A DNA stretch of 64,000 bases, taken from NCBI RefSeq assembly GCF_001194135.2, contig NC_068985.1, positions 21,906,750 to 21,970,749 of the forward strand, written 5' to 3'. The stretch comes from Octopus bimaculoides (Eukaryota). The stretch's first letter is position 1. Each line of letters begins with the position of its first letter. Below, piece by piece: positions 38,001-49,850 of this stretch. Position numbers and translations under genes: made by a program. Under the pieces are notes generated by a model, which made no database searches, was not told where the DNA came from, and worked only from the letters and a program-made list of their open reading frames with translations.

Positions 38001-41000
38001 CAATATTACCAGCTGTTTCCTCTGTACAATCATAAACGCTACTTAATGCATTAAATGCTGACGTTGAGCCTTGTATATTGGAAAAACCAGTCAGAGATTG
38101 GCAGAGCATTTTACAAAGCACCTTTTACATGCTGATGTTACATCACTGGATCACTCTGACCTTGTATGCTCATCAATTTAAGTCTCCTGACCACACCTAC
38201 CTGCATCCCTTTGTCTACAGTGTTATTTTACACCATGAATCAACCATCTCCTATTTGCACTATGAACAGCTAATCATCCTTTAACACACAATTTGCCCAA
38301 TTGGGAAAATTGGAATAATCATCTTGTTTCCATATTGTAACATTTCCTCCTCCTGTGACAAAACTGATAAATGTCTTCTTGTGCACTTCATTCTCTCCTT
38401 TGTCTCCCCACATCTACACACTCTCACAACATTCTCAAATACACTGCTTTATACACACATACACACTTGCCTACACACAAACATATACAAAATACATTCT
38501 TACATCCTAAGTCCCTTGATGGAAAAATGCTCTCCTGGTTGAAAAACATCATTCCATTCTAACCACTTCCACCCTTTTTTTTCTTTTTATTCACTTATCA
38601 TGTGGTTTTTATCAATAAACATTGTTTCCATATAACTTTTCTTCCGTTCTGTTTTTTTTTCTTGATGATGGCACTATCAGAAATGTTTCTTCCTTACAGT
38701 ATAAAACCAATTACCTTATGCTCCTGAAATGTTTTAGATATCATTAATAGAATGGCATCCAAAACCAGGGAGGAATTCCCTCAACCATTTAGCATGCCTT
38801 GAAAACAAGAATATATTCAAAATAAAACCATCGCACTTTCACATATATAAGAACCATTTGCCTATATTAAGCTGTACCAGTATCTCAACCTGAAGCATTA
38901 AATTATTTGCAACATTTCATCATTGCCAACTTGAAGAGCATCAAAGCTCCCTTTGGACTCCCTTAACACTTACATAGATTTCTGACTGTTGGTCAAAAGA
39001 ACCTGTAACTTGCACAACCACACCCAAGCAGACTGCTTTCACTGACAGGCCAAATATGCTGCGTTTCACTGACAAATCTCAAGCCCTTTGTGAATTAGAT
39101 TTGTTTGGCAGCATATGAGAAGATTAGAATAAGTAGACTATAATGGAAATCACCAATTTTCAACAGGGAGAAAGACAATTTATTGCAACTCCAGAGTGCA
39201 AACAGTATGGTATGAAGAATGTTATTGTAAGCCACTGCATCTGATTCAATCTCCAACCTTCCCAGCCTTGTCCCAGAGGACTACAAACAAGAGAATGAAG
39301 TTGATGACATGCAATTCTTCCTGAAATTGTTGACTTTTGATAGATGAATAACGCTAATACAAATAACAATTTTGATTGAATGACCAAGAATGTAAAGAGA
39401 AATTGGAGGTGCTAGACTGTATTCTTTGATAAAAATAACACACAAAAAAGAAGAAAAACATTCTTGTTAGTTTATTGACTGGAAATGATAGAAAAACCTA
39501 ATAGTTAAAATAAATTCTTTGAGAAATATATAAAAAAAAATCTGCTTCATTTTTTAGCCAGAAAATACCATTTTAAGTACGTATTTATAGCATGATAATG
39601 ATGATGATGATCTGTTAGAAAATTTATTTATCTATCAATAAACACCCCCATTTTTTCTGTTTTTAAGATAATTCCCGTGGAAACATTTCTGATAGACCTC
39701 ATAATAACAATAATTGCTATAAAATCAGCTAAATATCTTAAGTAATTCTACCTTTCAATTTAAATCTTATTTATAAGTCCTATATACATTATCATCAGAA
39801 TATTCTCCCAAGTTGCCAAGAATATTATTACAAGAAAGCAATTAAACAGAAGATTAGTGAAGTTATTTGGTGAAGATTGTGAGGTCTCTAAATAGAGGTA
39901 GAAATAATAACAAAGGTCCTAACTAAAATATTAATCTATTCTCCAACTTGTAACACATCAGCAAACACTGAATTTGTTTTTATTTCTACCTCAATTCATG
40001 CTGCTTCAGATTATCACCAGTCTACCAATTATAGCGACTAGTCTTAATTACACAAGAATTTTTTTTGTTTCTTTTCAGGAGGAAAAAAAATTACTACCTT
40101 TCATTTTTGTTGTAAACCATAATAGCCTATAACACTAATTGTAAGATCTGGTGCCAGTAAAGTTAATTAGATACGAAACAAGATTTTCCCTGGATAGGAT
40201 GTCAGTCGCTAGTAACAGTTTACAGTGGATATCAGCTCACATTCTATAAACTAGCATTCTATACTCTTTGATGAATTTCTAAGATCCATGGGAAATGTGC
40301 TTATCTCCAATGCTCATGGTGTGAAGTAGATGAGGGAATAATCTTCATCTAACTTGGACACTGATCTATAACATATTTCCCTGTGGAAGGACTTGAGTTC
40401 TGAAACTGTAAGCAACAAATGTTCCCTTCTCAGCTGAAGGAGTTTTTGTTATGCAAATTACTCAGTAACCCTGTCAGTGCTGGTGCCACATAAAAAGCAC
40501 CAGTGATGGTGCCATGTAAAAAGTACCCAGTGCACCCTTGTAGAGTGGTTGGAATTAGGAAGAGCATCAAGCCATAGGAACCATGCCAAAACACAATGAA
40601 AACCGTGCCAAAACAGATGTAAAACCATCCAACCCATGCCAGCATGGAAAACGGTCGTTAAATGATGATTATAATGATGATGATGATGTTATTCTTCATT
40701 TATTGCACATTACAACTACTTGCAGTTGTGAGATATACTACTTGAGGTGCATATTGTTATGTGGATTCAAGTATTAAGAGCTAAGGCGTCATGTGAACAA
40801 ACACAATGCAGTACTGCTTACAATGGTGAGGTATCCCACTTGAAATGCATCCAACTTTGTGGATTAAAGCATTAGAAGCTAAGTGTCATTAGAGCAGACA
40901 CAATATGAAACCAGTGGGAGGATTCAAACCTTCTCAGCTGTTTGTCCAATATTCTCCTGTAGAGGTCCCCAAGCATTTTATTACTGTTGGTATACATTAT

Positions 41001-41164
41001 AGGTGTAGGAGTGGCTGTGTGGTAAGTAGCTTGCTTACCAACTACATGGCTCCGGGTTCAGTCCCACTGCGTGGCACCTTGGGCAAGTGTCTTCTACTAT
41101 AGCCTCGGGCCGACCAAAGCTTTGTGATTGGATTTGGTAGACGGAAACTGAAAGAAGCCCATTG

Positions 41165-41197
<33 letters not shown>

Positions 41198-41350
41198 GTT
41201 TCTGCGTCTGTGTTTGTCCCTCCCAACATCGCTTGACAACCGATGCTGGTGTGTTAACGTCCCCATAACATAGCGGTTCGGCAAAAGAGACCGATAGAAT
41301 AAGTACTAGGCTTACAAAGAATAAGTCCTGGGGTCGATTTGCTCGACTAA
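41001..41350 (+). mobile_element. Young SINE family B, 3'-truncated
   Basis: Seen: near-consensus head and body with CpGs retained (ccgggttcagtcccactgcgtggcaccttgggcaagtgtc). Confidence 0.9.
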
Positions 41351-41950
41351 ATTTTTAACTTTAAAATGATTTTAAAAAACTTTTGATGTAAAATCATTGG
41401 CAATGTTAGCATTTATTGGTGGTAGTGCTGTCTTCTTCATTTTGTTTCTACTTTCTATGCTAGCATGGGTTGGACAGGTTATCAAAGTCTAAATTAATTC
41501 TTGTTTGGAGTTACTACTTGTTAGGCAGGCCTGAGGACTATATCTTGCTTATATGTCTACTTTTGGCATGGTTTTCTCATTTCAATATTCTTCTTAACAC
41601 CAATCCCTTTACAGAATGTATCAGGTGTACTTTATTGTGGAACTAATACTAGAGAAGTTATCATGTATCCTGTAAGACTTAAAGAATCCTAAAGAGTTCA
41701 TTCAATGAAAGAGAGAGGATGATGACAAAAGATGAACTTGGGTAAAAGAAGAGTTAATGGGAGATACAAAGTGACTGAAGTGAGAGGTTGGTAGAGAAAG
41801 AAGTGAAAAAGTAATAGAAAAGATATTGGTGGAAGGGGTAATGGAAGAGACACAGTAAATGGTAGGAAATGATAGAAAGGAGCAGTAATGGCAGTTATAT
41901 GTCTGTTGGTTAGATGGACAGACAGACAGACAGATAGATAGATAGATAGA

Positions 41951-42058
41951 GAGAGGGGAGAAAGAGAGAGGGGAGAAAGAGAGAAGGGGAGAAAGAGAGA
42001 GGGGAGAAAGAGAGAAGGGGAGAAAGAGAGAGGGGAGAAAGAGAGAAGGGGAGAAAGA
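41951..42058. repeat. Polypurine minisatellite, 7 units of 15/16 nt
   Basis: Seen: gagaggggagaaaga and gagaaggggagaaaga units. Confidence 0.95.
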
Positions 42059-42719
42059 GACCGAGCGAGAGAGAGAGAGAGAGATAGAGAGAGAGAGAGT
42101 GATAAATGTCAATGAGTGACCTGGGTGGATGGAATGATGGCTAGCATTAGAGAAAGGTGATGGAGTGTATGAGATATGAACAGATCTGATGCAATTCTTT
42201 CTTTCAAAAACATCATGATGAGAGGGAGATGTAGAGGGATAATGGTGATGGTAGAGTGGAATTGATTATGGAGAGATCCAATGCCATCTCTTGTTACACA
42301 GGCAGCACGATAAAATGAATGGGAGAGAGATGAGTGCATCAAAGAGATAGTGGGTGGGGCAGTAAATGGAAAATTAACAAAGAAAATAACAGGTGAGAGA
42401 TCAAAACATACACTATATGATATCCCAGCTTCCATCAGTGTTATCAGCCATCATGGTTTTTTTGTCATCTTCATGAGGCTCAGCATTTTGAGATCAGTTT
42501 TTAGCATTTGGTCCCATGTCTTTGAATCGATACCATCATTTGAATAAGAGAGAGAATGAGTGACAGAGAGAGAAGAGAGTACAAGGTAGTTGGGAGTGAG
42601 GGAAGTAGATGGAAATTGAATAGGAACATAAGGAGCAAGTAGCCCAAATGTAGATATATTATATGCCACAACCTCCCCCATTTTTCATGTTTCACCATAC
42701 CTGCATAAGTTGAAAGATT

Positions 42720-43700
42720 TTCTCAAGTACAGCATGCCAGCAATAGTCATAGTCAACTCTCACCTTTCTGTTCTATGTCTTCCCAGGTCTCCTTTTCCGC
42801 AGGTTACATCTATTTTGAATGTTCAGTACATCATTTTATACAGTTGTTAACCTCCATATGCATCATGTGCTCATACAAGCACAGTATTCTCTCTTGCACA
42901 CATTTGATTCCTCTTACATCCATTCTTTTTTTTTTTTTTTTTTTTTNNNNNNNNNNTTTTTTTTTTTTTTTTGTTTTCTTGGCTCATTTACATTCTGTTG
43001 TTTATACACATTACACATCCGGCAGAGCATATTTGCTTCATTTCTTCCTAGTCTTTGAAAATCTTCTGCATTCAAGGCCCATATCTCACTATCATGCAAC
43101 ATTGCAGTTCATACAAAAACATCATATAATCTGCCTTTCATTTTAAGGGAGAAGCCCTTTGATGTCAGTAGACATAATAACTTCCTGAACTTTCTCCATC
43201 CTGTTCTTACTCTGGCTGTTATGTTTTTCATACACCTACCTCCACTACTAATTAACAACCTGAGAGTAACCTAAGTAACAAAAGCTATTAACTATTCCTA
43301 GTATGCTTCTGCCACATATGAAATCTACTTTCTTTGTCAGACTGTCTGCAATTCCATAACACTTTCTGCACATCCATAATTTATACAGAGAACTCTATGT
43401 TATTTCTTTCTAAATTTACTGCATATTGAGCATAGCCTTTTCTGTGATGGTAGCAAAGTCCAGTCTCTTTCTCCTAAACACTAAAACTTTAAGCTTTAAG
43501 TTTACTTTGAGGTTTCTCAATTATAGATTTTGCTTCCAGGTCTGGAATGTTTTTACTAAATCTTCCACAGGTTTAGCTGTAAGAATTAGGCCAGCAGTAT
43601 ACAGGACTATCTATGGACAGCAGGTCATAAACAGCTCTGTTATGGCCTGAAGGACTATAATAAACAGGCAGGAAAGGGATCTAATAGGTTCCTTCCTGCA
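42720..43700 (-). mobile_element. Old RTE LINE fragment (RT domain to C-terminus)
   Basis: Seen: LYTAGLILTAKPVEDLVKTFQTWKQNL (decayed YADD region) and MLHDSEIWALNAEDFQRLGRNEANMLCRMCNV; interrupted by a poly(A) run at 42926-42971. Confidence 0.8.
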
Positions 43701-43816
43701 CTTTAAATTTTCCACCATAGTTTTCATCTTTTCATACAAACTACACCACTAATTTTTTGTTTCATCTACAATGCATCACAAAGTTAAAAAGATTGAGAAT
43801 CTCTGTTTTAACCTGT

Positions 43817-44130
43817 ATCATCATCATCATCGTTTTCCATGCTAGCATGGGTCGGACGATTTGACTGAGGATTGGCGAACCAGATGGCTGCACCAGGCTC
43901 GAATCTGATCTGGCAGGATTTCTACAGCTGGATGCCCTTCCTAACGCCAACGACTCCAAGAGTGTAGTGGGTGCTTTTACGAGCCACCAGCACAAGGGCC
44001 AGTCAGGTGGTACTGGTAACAGCCACGCTCAAAATGGTGTTTTTTACCTGCCACATGCACAGGAGCCAGTCCAGCGGCACTGACAACGACCTCACTCGAA
44101 TATCTTTTCACGTGCCACCGGCACAAGTGC
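43817..44130 (-). mobile_element. RTE LINE 3' UTR copy with (CAT)n tail
   Basis: Seen: reverse complement of 22498-22534 and 22843-23032. Confidence 0.9.
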
Positions 44131-45246
44131 AAACTACAGAAAATTATTAATTCCTCCTTTACTCAATAAACAAAGGATAATTATCAAGACTTTATCTTTA
44201 GAATTTCAGTTCATATTTTTCAAATTTGTAATTTTAATATCTTATTTTCTTTCCCATCTTCATCTCACAGCAAACATCAGTGACTTGTGGCTCATTTCTT
44301 GGGAACCACTGCTGTGAGGTTGACCACTTTCATTGTTTCATATACTTTATTAAATGCAACTTCGTTGATGACAGAAAGATAGAGAGAGAGAGAGAGGGGG
44401 AAAACAAAGAGAGAGAGAATCTCTGCTATATTAAACATTAAATTTTTTTCTTCTTCTCTATGCAGCAACAACATTACTTTGTCTCTCTTTCCATAACTTT
44501 AGAAATTCCAAGAAACAACAGAACGATCAAACGTGGAATCATAAATCCTTTCATTCAGTTACAAGACGAAATATTTTATTATATGTAAATATTGGGTGGT
44601 TAAGCAAAAAAAAAAAAGGCTTTTGACATTAATTTAAGAAATGTATTTTCATAGCAAGCAAAATCTTACAATATACGAGATTTGGGGTCCCGAGTTTGAA
44701 AGCATTAAAAAATATGATGATATCTATTAAAATATATGATGGTTGAATACACAATAATACACATGAACTGTTAAAAGTAGGTTAAACATGTGTACAAAAT
44801 AACGCACCATCTATCAACTCGAATATATAAGCTCACTTTTACTACACACACACTCATAAGTCAGTGTGTATCAAATTAAGGAAACTGGTATATCACTTAT
44901 AGATTAAATACACATATGTGTTTATGTGCAAGCGAGCGTGCGTGCAAAAAGCACACTTATTTGATTGCAATAGCATTATACATATATAATAATATAAACA
45001 CATGCAATTAAGAAGGTTGCTAATGTTTACAGACCTTTGTTCACACCATCTCAAACAATTGTTTAATAACTACAGTTATTACTGCTACTATTACCACACC
45101 CACTAATCCTGAATGTCTCTACTGTACCTTTTGCCCGTTAAACTAGTTTACGTTTATCTTTATTTTTTTCTATTCCTTTCTTTTTCTTTTTCTTTTTTAT
45201 CAAAGAGACACAGCGGAGCCTGTTTATAGAGAGATTCAGAAAGATA

Positions 45247-45341
45247 GCTTACTGCTATCATTAGTTAGTGCCGATCAAATAAGCGAAGTAGGGTAAGGGA
45301 GAAAGAAACACATGGACATGGTCTTCGTCTTTCTTTTTATA
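45247..45341 (-). promoter_or_regulatory. Minus-strand TATA box, short first exon and splice donor
   Basis: Seen: TATAAAAA on minus (45334-45341), pyrimidine-rich stretch about 30 nt downstream, donor CA|GTAAGC (intron begins 45252), CCAAT on minus at 45484-45488. Confidence 0.4.
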
Positions 45342-45479
45342 TGAGAGAGCGAGAGGGAGAGTGACAGAGGAGGTGGGAAAGAAAAGAAAAAAAAAGTGTA
45401 CACAAGCACACACTCTAAGACACATACGCGCACACACACACATACACACACACGCACGCACATTTTCTTGCGCGCACTT

Positions 45480-45602
45480 TATCATTGGTTTCCTCCTCCT
45501 CCTTCTCCTCCATAGAAATTTGCAACGGATTTCCTCGAAGCTCATTCGATACAATAGCGAAGAACGAGAACGGGTCGTCCACTGAAGACGTCAGTGGTAA
45601 GA
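45480..45602 (+). other. Candidate plus-strand non-coding first exon
   Basis: Seen: CpG-rich, ATG-free segment ending in GTG|GTAAGA (intron begins 45597). Confidence 0.4.
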
Positions 45603-46778
45603 GTTATAGAATTTATAAAGAAATATGGTCCACACATAAACAAAAACAACAGAACTTCTAGGATACGGATTATTGAATTTGCTTGTAACAGTATTGTTAT
45701 AATTTCTGTCAGATTTACTACGTTTTCTTCTCTGGCCGCAGAAACTACTATTAACCAGTTTAAGAGATTCTCTACACACATAACACAGGACCAATACTGA
45801 GTTGCTATAGGGAATCGTTGTCTATCTGTACATGTGTATTAACATGTATAGAAACCTGTCAAATCTTTGGCTGAATAAACCCGATTCTCAAACGGACTTA
45901 TAATAAGACTAATCATTTTTTTATTTTTAGCATTATTATTTATTGATATTATTGTTATTTCCAAACGAAGGAAAGGAATTGTTGCTAAATTTCAATAATT
46001 TTTACAAGGCTTAGAATGTTTTGGATTCAAGTCCATTCAGGTAACCAGAGTTTTACTTAATACGTCACCTTGCTTATATTAAATCACTTTCTCTTTTCAG
46101 TCCAGTTCGCGAAATCGTCCCTTCCTTTAAACACACGCTCTATTTATCTCGTTAATATGTTTTGAAAAACTTAACACCTTCCACGCCCACTTTTGATTAT
46201 TTAATCAGACTATACTGAAATTTATATTTATAATTTCGACGCACAGTCGTTATGGGATAAATATTATAAAATAATATAACAAAATATGAAAAATGTAAAA
46301 GGCCGACAACAAATCAATGTTTTAAAGTGGTTAAGCATTTGGCGATAACTAAACGGAACATGTGTTGGATCCTAAGATCGGTTCCCATGGCTATTTACTC
46401 ACAGTAAATCAAATTATTGATGTTTCTCAGTTATCTACATCCATTCAATCGGTTTCTTCAACTGGTCTTTCTTTTTATAAGAAAGATCCCGAAGTAGAAA
46501 AAAAAGTCAACGCTTTAAAGCTTTATCTAGGATATCTAATAACTAAAGTAGATGTGAAATAACAGATCTTTGGAAAATATCTAATATTGTGATGAATTTT
46601 TATTTTAATATTTCTTATATATAAAAACCAATATTTTTATTCTTTGATCTTAGCTACATTGTTTTTAATATATCAATGATGGCATTGTGTGCGTGCACGA
46701 GCGTGTTTATATACACGCACACGCATTATATATATATATATATATCTGTGTGCGTGTGTGTATATATATATATATATC

Positions 46779-46821
<43 letters not shown>

Positions 46822-49536
46822 CATGTGCGTGACTGATATGCAATTGTAAAAAGGATAAAAACAATTGTTTCAAAATCATGCTCTGGAAATGTTTATCTAA
46901 AAAAAAAGACAACTAAAAGATAATGGTTTAAATAACTACAGAGAGAGAGAGATTGATAGAAAAATAGCTATGCTCATAACTAAGTGGCAATTATCTATAG
47001 ATATCATCGCTGAGCTGTTACTAATGTTACTTGTATTATAAACATTAAAACAGAATGAAACAATATTTCTGTAAAAAAAAATAAAACAACAGAAAAGCAG
47101 TAAGAATATCACTGTCTGTTCTAGTCGGGTTGGGTTACCCTTTATTATTTGATTAGTGTTTACCTTTGGTTAGTCATTAACCCAATCGAAGACGACTGAT
47201 ACGCATTTTGTTTACTTTAAGAAACTTTTCGGGTTATATTTTCTCTGTTCGTAAATGTCTCGAATAGTTGTGGAGTTTCTGAACTTTAAAAACACCAACA
47301 AAAATCCTAGGATAGCCAAACGTTCTCTCTGTGCTACATACAGGCAAAAAGAAGAAGGAAGCTAGAGAGACATCAAAGCGCAGTTGTGACAATTTTCTTT
47401 TTCTTTTTTTCCCATACATGCAATATTTACTTGTATTTTTGTATTATCATTCCTGAAGTGATTCTTGAGAGGCCTGAAATATTTTAAGTGCAGTCAACTG
47501 TGCGCGCGTGCGTATGTGAGATAGAGAGAGTGAATGAAAGAGAAAGGCCGCCTCTACATCATAAAGATTGGGAATTTCTGTCAATAACAAGCATTATTTA
47601 GTGAAAACGTGCGCAAACAGATGAGTTAATATGCGTAAAACCTGAGACAATTTAATTTGGATCGTTTTTCGAAGGAGACTATTATATTAAATCTAATAAA
47701 TACTGTTTCCTGGATCTACTTTATATAATACATGATACCCTTAGCACTAATCCTGTTTTGTATAATGTTTTTCAATCAGGGAGTGTTAGTCAGGATGAGA
47801 AAAGTAATGATAATGCAATTTGTCTAGGGTGAATCTAATTGCTAGTGGCATGTATGTCAATAAATTGACTTTACTACTTTTTTTATAAGTTCGTTCAGCT
47901 TCTATCTATAAAGTTTCCCCCACATCAGTATCATACCATTAATCAAGGAAATGCCGGTAACAGCTGAATCTAGCACAATATTCGATCACCAAGTTCGATT
48001 CATTAAATAGTGTCATTTTGACAGGCCATCGCAAGCGCACTTTTAGCTTAATCTAGCATAATCTTCCTAGTGCAATGAAACTATCCCACTGAGCAGATAG
48101 ATTTCATTGCTCACCCACAACAAACTTTATAATGTTAATTCTCTTAAAGGGTTCCGTTCAAGCTACCTGAGAAGTTCGTCAAAACCAATTCACTGTTTCA
48201 CTGTTCTCACTGATTCTTGTTTCCGATAGAAAAGGGAGAAGGATAGAGGTGGGGGGGGGGGGGGAGATATTTGTATTGTCTTCTTCGATAGCTAGAATTA
48301 ATATTTTGAAATTAGTAATGGAATTCAAGATATAAAATTTTCAGTTAATTTGAGATGTAAGTCGATCTTTTTTTTTATTGATTGATATATCACTTGCTTA
48401 TAATCCCCGCCGAAAATATAAAACTACAGTTAAATGTATAATAACCGCTGTACTAACTTGAAAATTTAAAGTAACCTTAAATTCAACAGAATTCACATTC
48501 TCTATACAAAACCTACGTGAGTGTATCGAAACCTGTTGGAATTGAGCACCATCCCCCTCCACCAATAATCATATTCCAAATGTTAATGAAACAATACTTT
48601 TCCATTCCTCTTTGATAGAGTAACTTGTATATAGTTGAGACTCTTTTAGCATGGTTATTATATCAGGCAGATAAAAGCATGCAGTGACTAAAAAGAATTT
48701 TTTTAATGTGCTCAACGAGAGGACCTCCTTGTTATTTAAACTTTCTTTGTCAATTATAATTCCTAACACCAAATATCGACTACAATACAGGCCAACGAAG
48801 GTGCATCTAACTTCGTTGCCCAACTTGCTAGAAATAGCAGCTAAATCTCCCTCAAATCACATCTGTGCCGTCTTAACAAACAAGTGTCTACTATATACTG
48901 TACTCCTGGGAGCAACTAGGGAAAAGACTTAAGTACTCGCAGCTGGAACTTCTGGACCATAAATCTGTTCAATTTGAGCTGACCTAGAGTTAACAACTGA
49001 CTGCTCTGCTCAATCTAAGCATTAATTTAGATAGAATAACTGCTTGATTGGGAAAATGCTCAATATATATATATATATGATATAGAATCCTTTTTTTTTC
49101 CTTTTATTTGCTCATTGTATTGCATAATACAAGCTATATGCAGAAATTCAATGTATAAAGTATTTTTTATTAATTGCATACAAGAATCTGTGTGTAAGTA
49201 AATATAAAATTAATATCTTATCGGAGATAATGCAGTGTTTGTGATGAGGAGAAAGACTAGTGTAACATTTGAGGTGATACACTGAACCACACTCACAGGT
49301 TATTAATCAATATCTGTACAAGATCCAATAGATCAAGATCAATTATTAAGAATAAATATATTAATGAAACAGTAAAGCATACAAATACAAATCGCTTCAG
49401 ATGCATTCAAGATAATGCTAAATCACCCAATACAGAAAGAACCAGGTGAATTTATTTTCAGTTAACAGGATTTAACTGAAAAGCAAAAAAACAAAAAAAA
49501 CAACCTAGCATTTATTTGTTTAGTAATAGCAGTAAG

Positions 49537-49850
49537 CAGGGGTTTTCAGCCTGGTGTGTCTGCATCTCCTGTGGGGTGCAAGATGGTATTTCAGGAGGTG
49601 TGACAAAATACTTGATCAAAATCGCTTTTCAGAATAAAATTATTTACTAAACTCTTAGAATAACTCTTGTATTAAGCATGTTAACAACTTTGTGATTCCA
49701 CAGTACTGCATTTTGTTCAATAAAAACAATAAATTAGTTATTAAAAAATTGACTTTTTCATCATCAAATGTGATATTACTCTTGTTGGGGGTGTGTGAAA
49801 ATTTAATATTTCCTAAGAGTGCAGGGCATAGAAAAGGTTGATAATGAACA
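49537..49850. mobile_element. Degenerate hAT-type MITE
   Basis: Seen: left end caggggttttcagcct, right end aaaaggttgataa; no clear TSD. Confidence 0.45.

Larger units (their letters stand above)
44480..48550. promoter_or_regulatory. CpG-retaining island, probable unmethylated promoter region
   Basis: Seen: dense CpG in non-repeat DNA (8 CpG in 45526-45590) versus visibly CpG-poor flanks; judged by eye, not computed. Knowledge: gene-body methylation depletes CpG in molluscs while promoters retain it. Confidence 0.65.

Noticed and set aside
41702-42698. Cluster of minus ORFs up to 136 aa
   Set aside because: Driven by the purine-rich strand and minisatellite; at most a decayed L2-like relic that I cannot support.
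45261-45800. ORFs in the CpG island
   Set aside because: Low complexity from CA/GA/CCT tracts; no domain.
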